Part shown: positions 61,843 to 64,000 of the stretch, piece after piece
How the letters are laid out: each line of letters begins with the position of its first letter
How positions within the stretch are numbered: the stretch's first letter is position 1
From: Octopus bimaculoides
Lineage: Eukaryota
Reading direction: 5' to 3'
Length of the DNA: 64,000 nucleotides
Assembly: GCF_001194135.2 (NCBI RefSeq)
Contig: NC_069003.1
Span: 8,298,603 to 8,362,602, forward strand
Made by a program: the position numbers and the translations under genes
Notes under the pieces: generated by a model
What the model saw: only the letters and a program-made list of their open reading frames with translations
Databases searched by the model: none
Told to the model about the DNA's origin: nothing

Positions 61843-62070
61843 TTCTTCTTTCAATTCTGTTTCCATTTCTTGCCGAGTGTCTTCCCGACACCTAGGACAG
61901 AGAAACGTACTGTATATATTGGTTGGCTATCAAAATAAACACACCAGATTGTTCATTTGCAAAGTCATGTGATAGAAAAAAAGGGGAAGAGAGAAAAAAA
62001 AAACGAAAAAAATAAAATAAAAGAGTAAATAAATAAATTAAAGGGGGAAAGCAGGAAAAAAATTCACTGA
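61843..62070 (-). mobile_element. Dong lineage-c 3' UTR in reverse orientation with an (AAG)n tail
   Basis: The reverse complement gtttctctgtcctaggtgtcgggaagacactcggcaagaaatggaaacagaattgaaagaagaag matches 26828-26900 and 21320-21385. Confidence 0.8.
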
Positions 62071-62112
62071 ATCTATCTAGCCATCTATCTATATACCTAC
62101 CTACCTACCTAC

Positions 62113-62148
<36 letters not shown>

Positions 62149-62858
62149 ATTTATTAATCTATCTACTTATCTCTCTCTCTCTACATCCCCCCGCCACACG
62201 TGTACATACTTACATATATACATACATACGCATATACATATACATATATATATATATATATANNNNNNNNNNNNNNNNNNNNNNNNNNNNNNNNNNNNNN
62301 NNNNNNNNNNNNNNNNNNNNNNNNNNNNNNNNNNNNNNNNNNNNNNNNNNNNNNNNNNNNNNNNNNNNNNNNNNNNNNNNNNNNNNNNNNNNNNNNNNNN
62401 NNNNNNNNNNNNNNNNNNNNNNNNNNNNNNNNNNNNNNNNNNNNNNNNNNNNNNNNNNNNNNNNNNNNNNNNNNNNNNNNNNNNNNNNNNNNNNNNNNNN
62501 NNNNNNNNNNNNNNNNNNNNNNNNNNNNNNNNNNNNNNNNNNNNNNNNNNNNNNNNNNNNNNNNNNNNNNNNNNNNNNNNNNNNNNNNNNNNNNNNNNNN
62601 NNNNNNNNNNNNNNNNNNNNNNNNNNNNNNNNNNNNNNNNNNNNNNNNAATTTTCTTTATATGATTTTATTGCGATATTGATTTTTCTCCCCAATTCCAT
62701 GCCTTTTCTATTGTTGTTGATCTAAATTGTCTTTTATTCTTGTTGTCGTTTTTTGTTGTTGTCGAAGTTTGTTTGAGGCTATTTTGGCTGTATTGTTGTT
62801 CTGTCGCTCATCATCATGATGACCATCATGACCATCATCATCATCATCATCATCATCG

Positions 62859-62890
<32 letters not shown>

Positions 62891-63340
62891 GTCATCACCA
62901 CCACCATCATCATCATCATTATCATTATCAACCTCATCATTATTACTATAATTAATTCAGTTTTAATTTTATTATCATCATCATAATCATTATTGTTATC
63001 ATTATTATTATTATTATTATCATTATTATTATTATTATTATTATCATCACCATTATTATTATCATCATCATCATCATTACCATTGTTAATGTTAACATTA
63101 TTCCCATCATTATCATCATCATCATCATCACCATTGTTATAATTCTTATCCATATTATTACTAGTATGCTCATTAGTATTATTATTTTCATTATCACCAT
63201 TATCATTCTCATCACCACGTTTATTATCCTCCTCATCATTATTCCCCTAAATATTCTGATTCTCTCCTCCTCTCCCCTCCCCTCCCCCACCCCTCTTCTT
63301 TTCCTTCTTTCTCTTCTATTCTGGCTATTATTATTATTAC

Positions 63341-63412
<72 letters not shown>

Positions 63413-63739
63413 TATTATTATTATTGTTATTGTTATTCTTCTTCTTCTTCTTCTTCTTCTTATTATTATTATTATTATTATTGTCACCATGTTGCACAAC
63501 GTTACTATCATCACCATTATTACTATCGTTGATATTGTTTTCATGACCGTGATCATCATCACCATCGTCACCATCGTCATCATCAACAGCGTCATCGTCA
63601 TCAATATTATTATTATTCGTACCAGTTGTACCACGACCGTAGGCGAATAATTATTGTGGCATTAGCAGCAGTAGCAGCAGCAACGGTAGTAGTGTTGATG
63701 GTGATAGTAGAAGTAATTGTGGTGGTGGTGGTGGTGCTG

Positions 63740-63797
<58 letters not shown>

Positions 63798-64000
63798 AGT
63801 CTTCGTTGACATCGTAGTAATAGTAGTAGTAGCAGTTATAGCTGCAGTATTAGTGGTATTGATAATTCTAATATTATATTCATTGTTCTTCTCGACATTT
63901 GATCGGTAATCCCCGGAGATTACCGATCATGGCTCTGCAGTTGTCGGCTGCTCTTTGAAAAAGTTATAATTCATGATATAGCAATAATAACAACACTTCC

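Overview
This is AT-rich, repeat-dominated eukaryotic genomic DNA from a gapped short-read assembly with many N runs. The repeat families resemble those I recall from coleoid cephalopods, most likely Octopus; this is an inference from recalled SINE/LINE sequences, not a database result. I could not identify any host protein-coding exon, intact tRNA/rRNA gene or CRISPR array. Nearly all long ORFs in the track come from microsatellites or N gaps. The window is a graveyard of mobile elements: (1) a 5' remnant of an L1/Tx1-type LINE ORF1 with a CCHC knuckle; (2) fragments of restriction-like-endonuclease (RLE) non-LTR retrotransposons of the R4/Dong type from several lineages, stacked in (AAT)n microsatellites, plus a second RLE lineage; (3) three tRNA-derived SINE families, here called A, B and C (about 35 copies); (4) mariner and maT/DD37D-like Tc1-mariner fossils and MITEs, including a TIR-to-TIR mariner at 49452-51020; (5) two Helitron 3' ends facing each other, one carrying a RepHel N-terminal fragment; (6) Penelope-type hammerhead-like cores. 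The most notable pattern is a strict tail-to-tail arrangement, seen six times and on both strands: a Dong-type 3' end faces the trinucleotide tail of a family-B SINE. This suggests SINE tails seed the target sites of microsatellite-targeting LINEs. Other notable items are a Dong copy lacking its whole RT through a microhomology junction, a fold-back segment between direct repeats at 26.2-26.9 kb, and a ~540-bp AAT-flanked element present twice.
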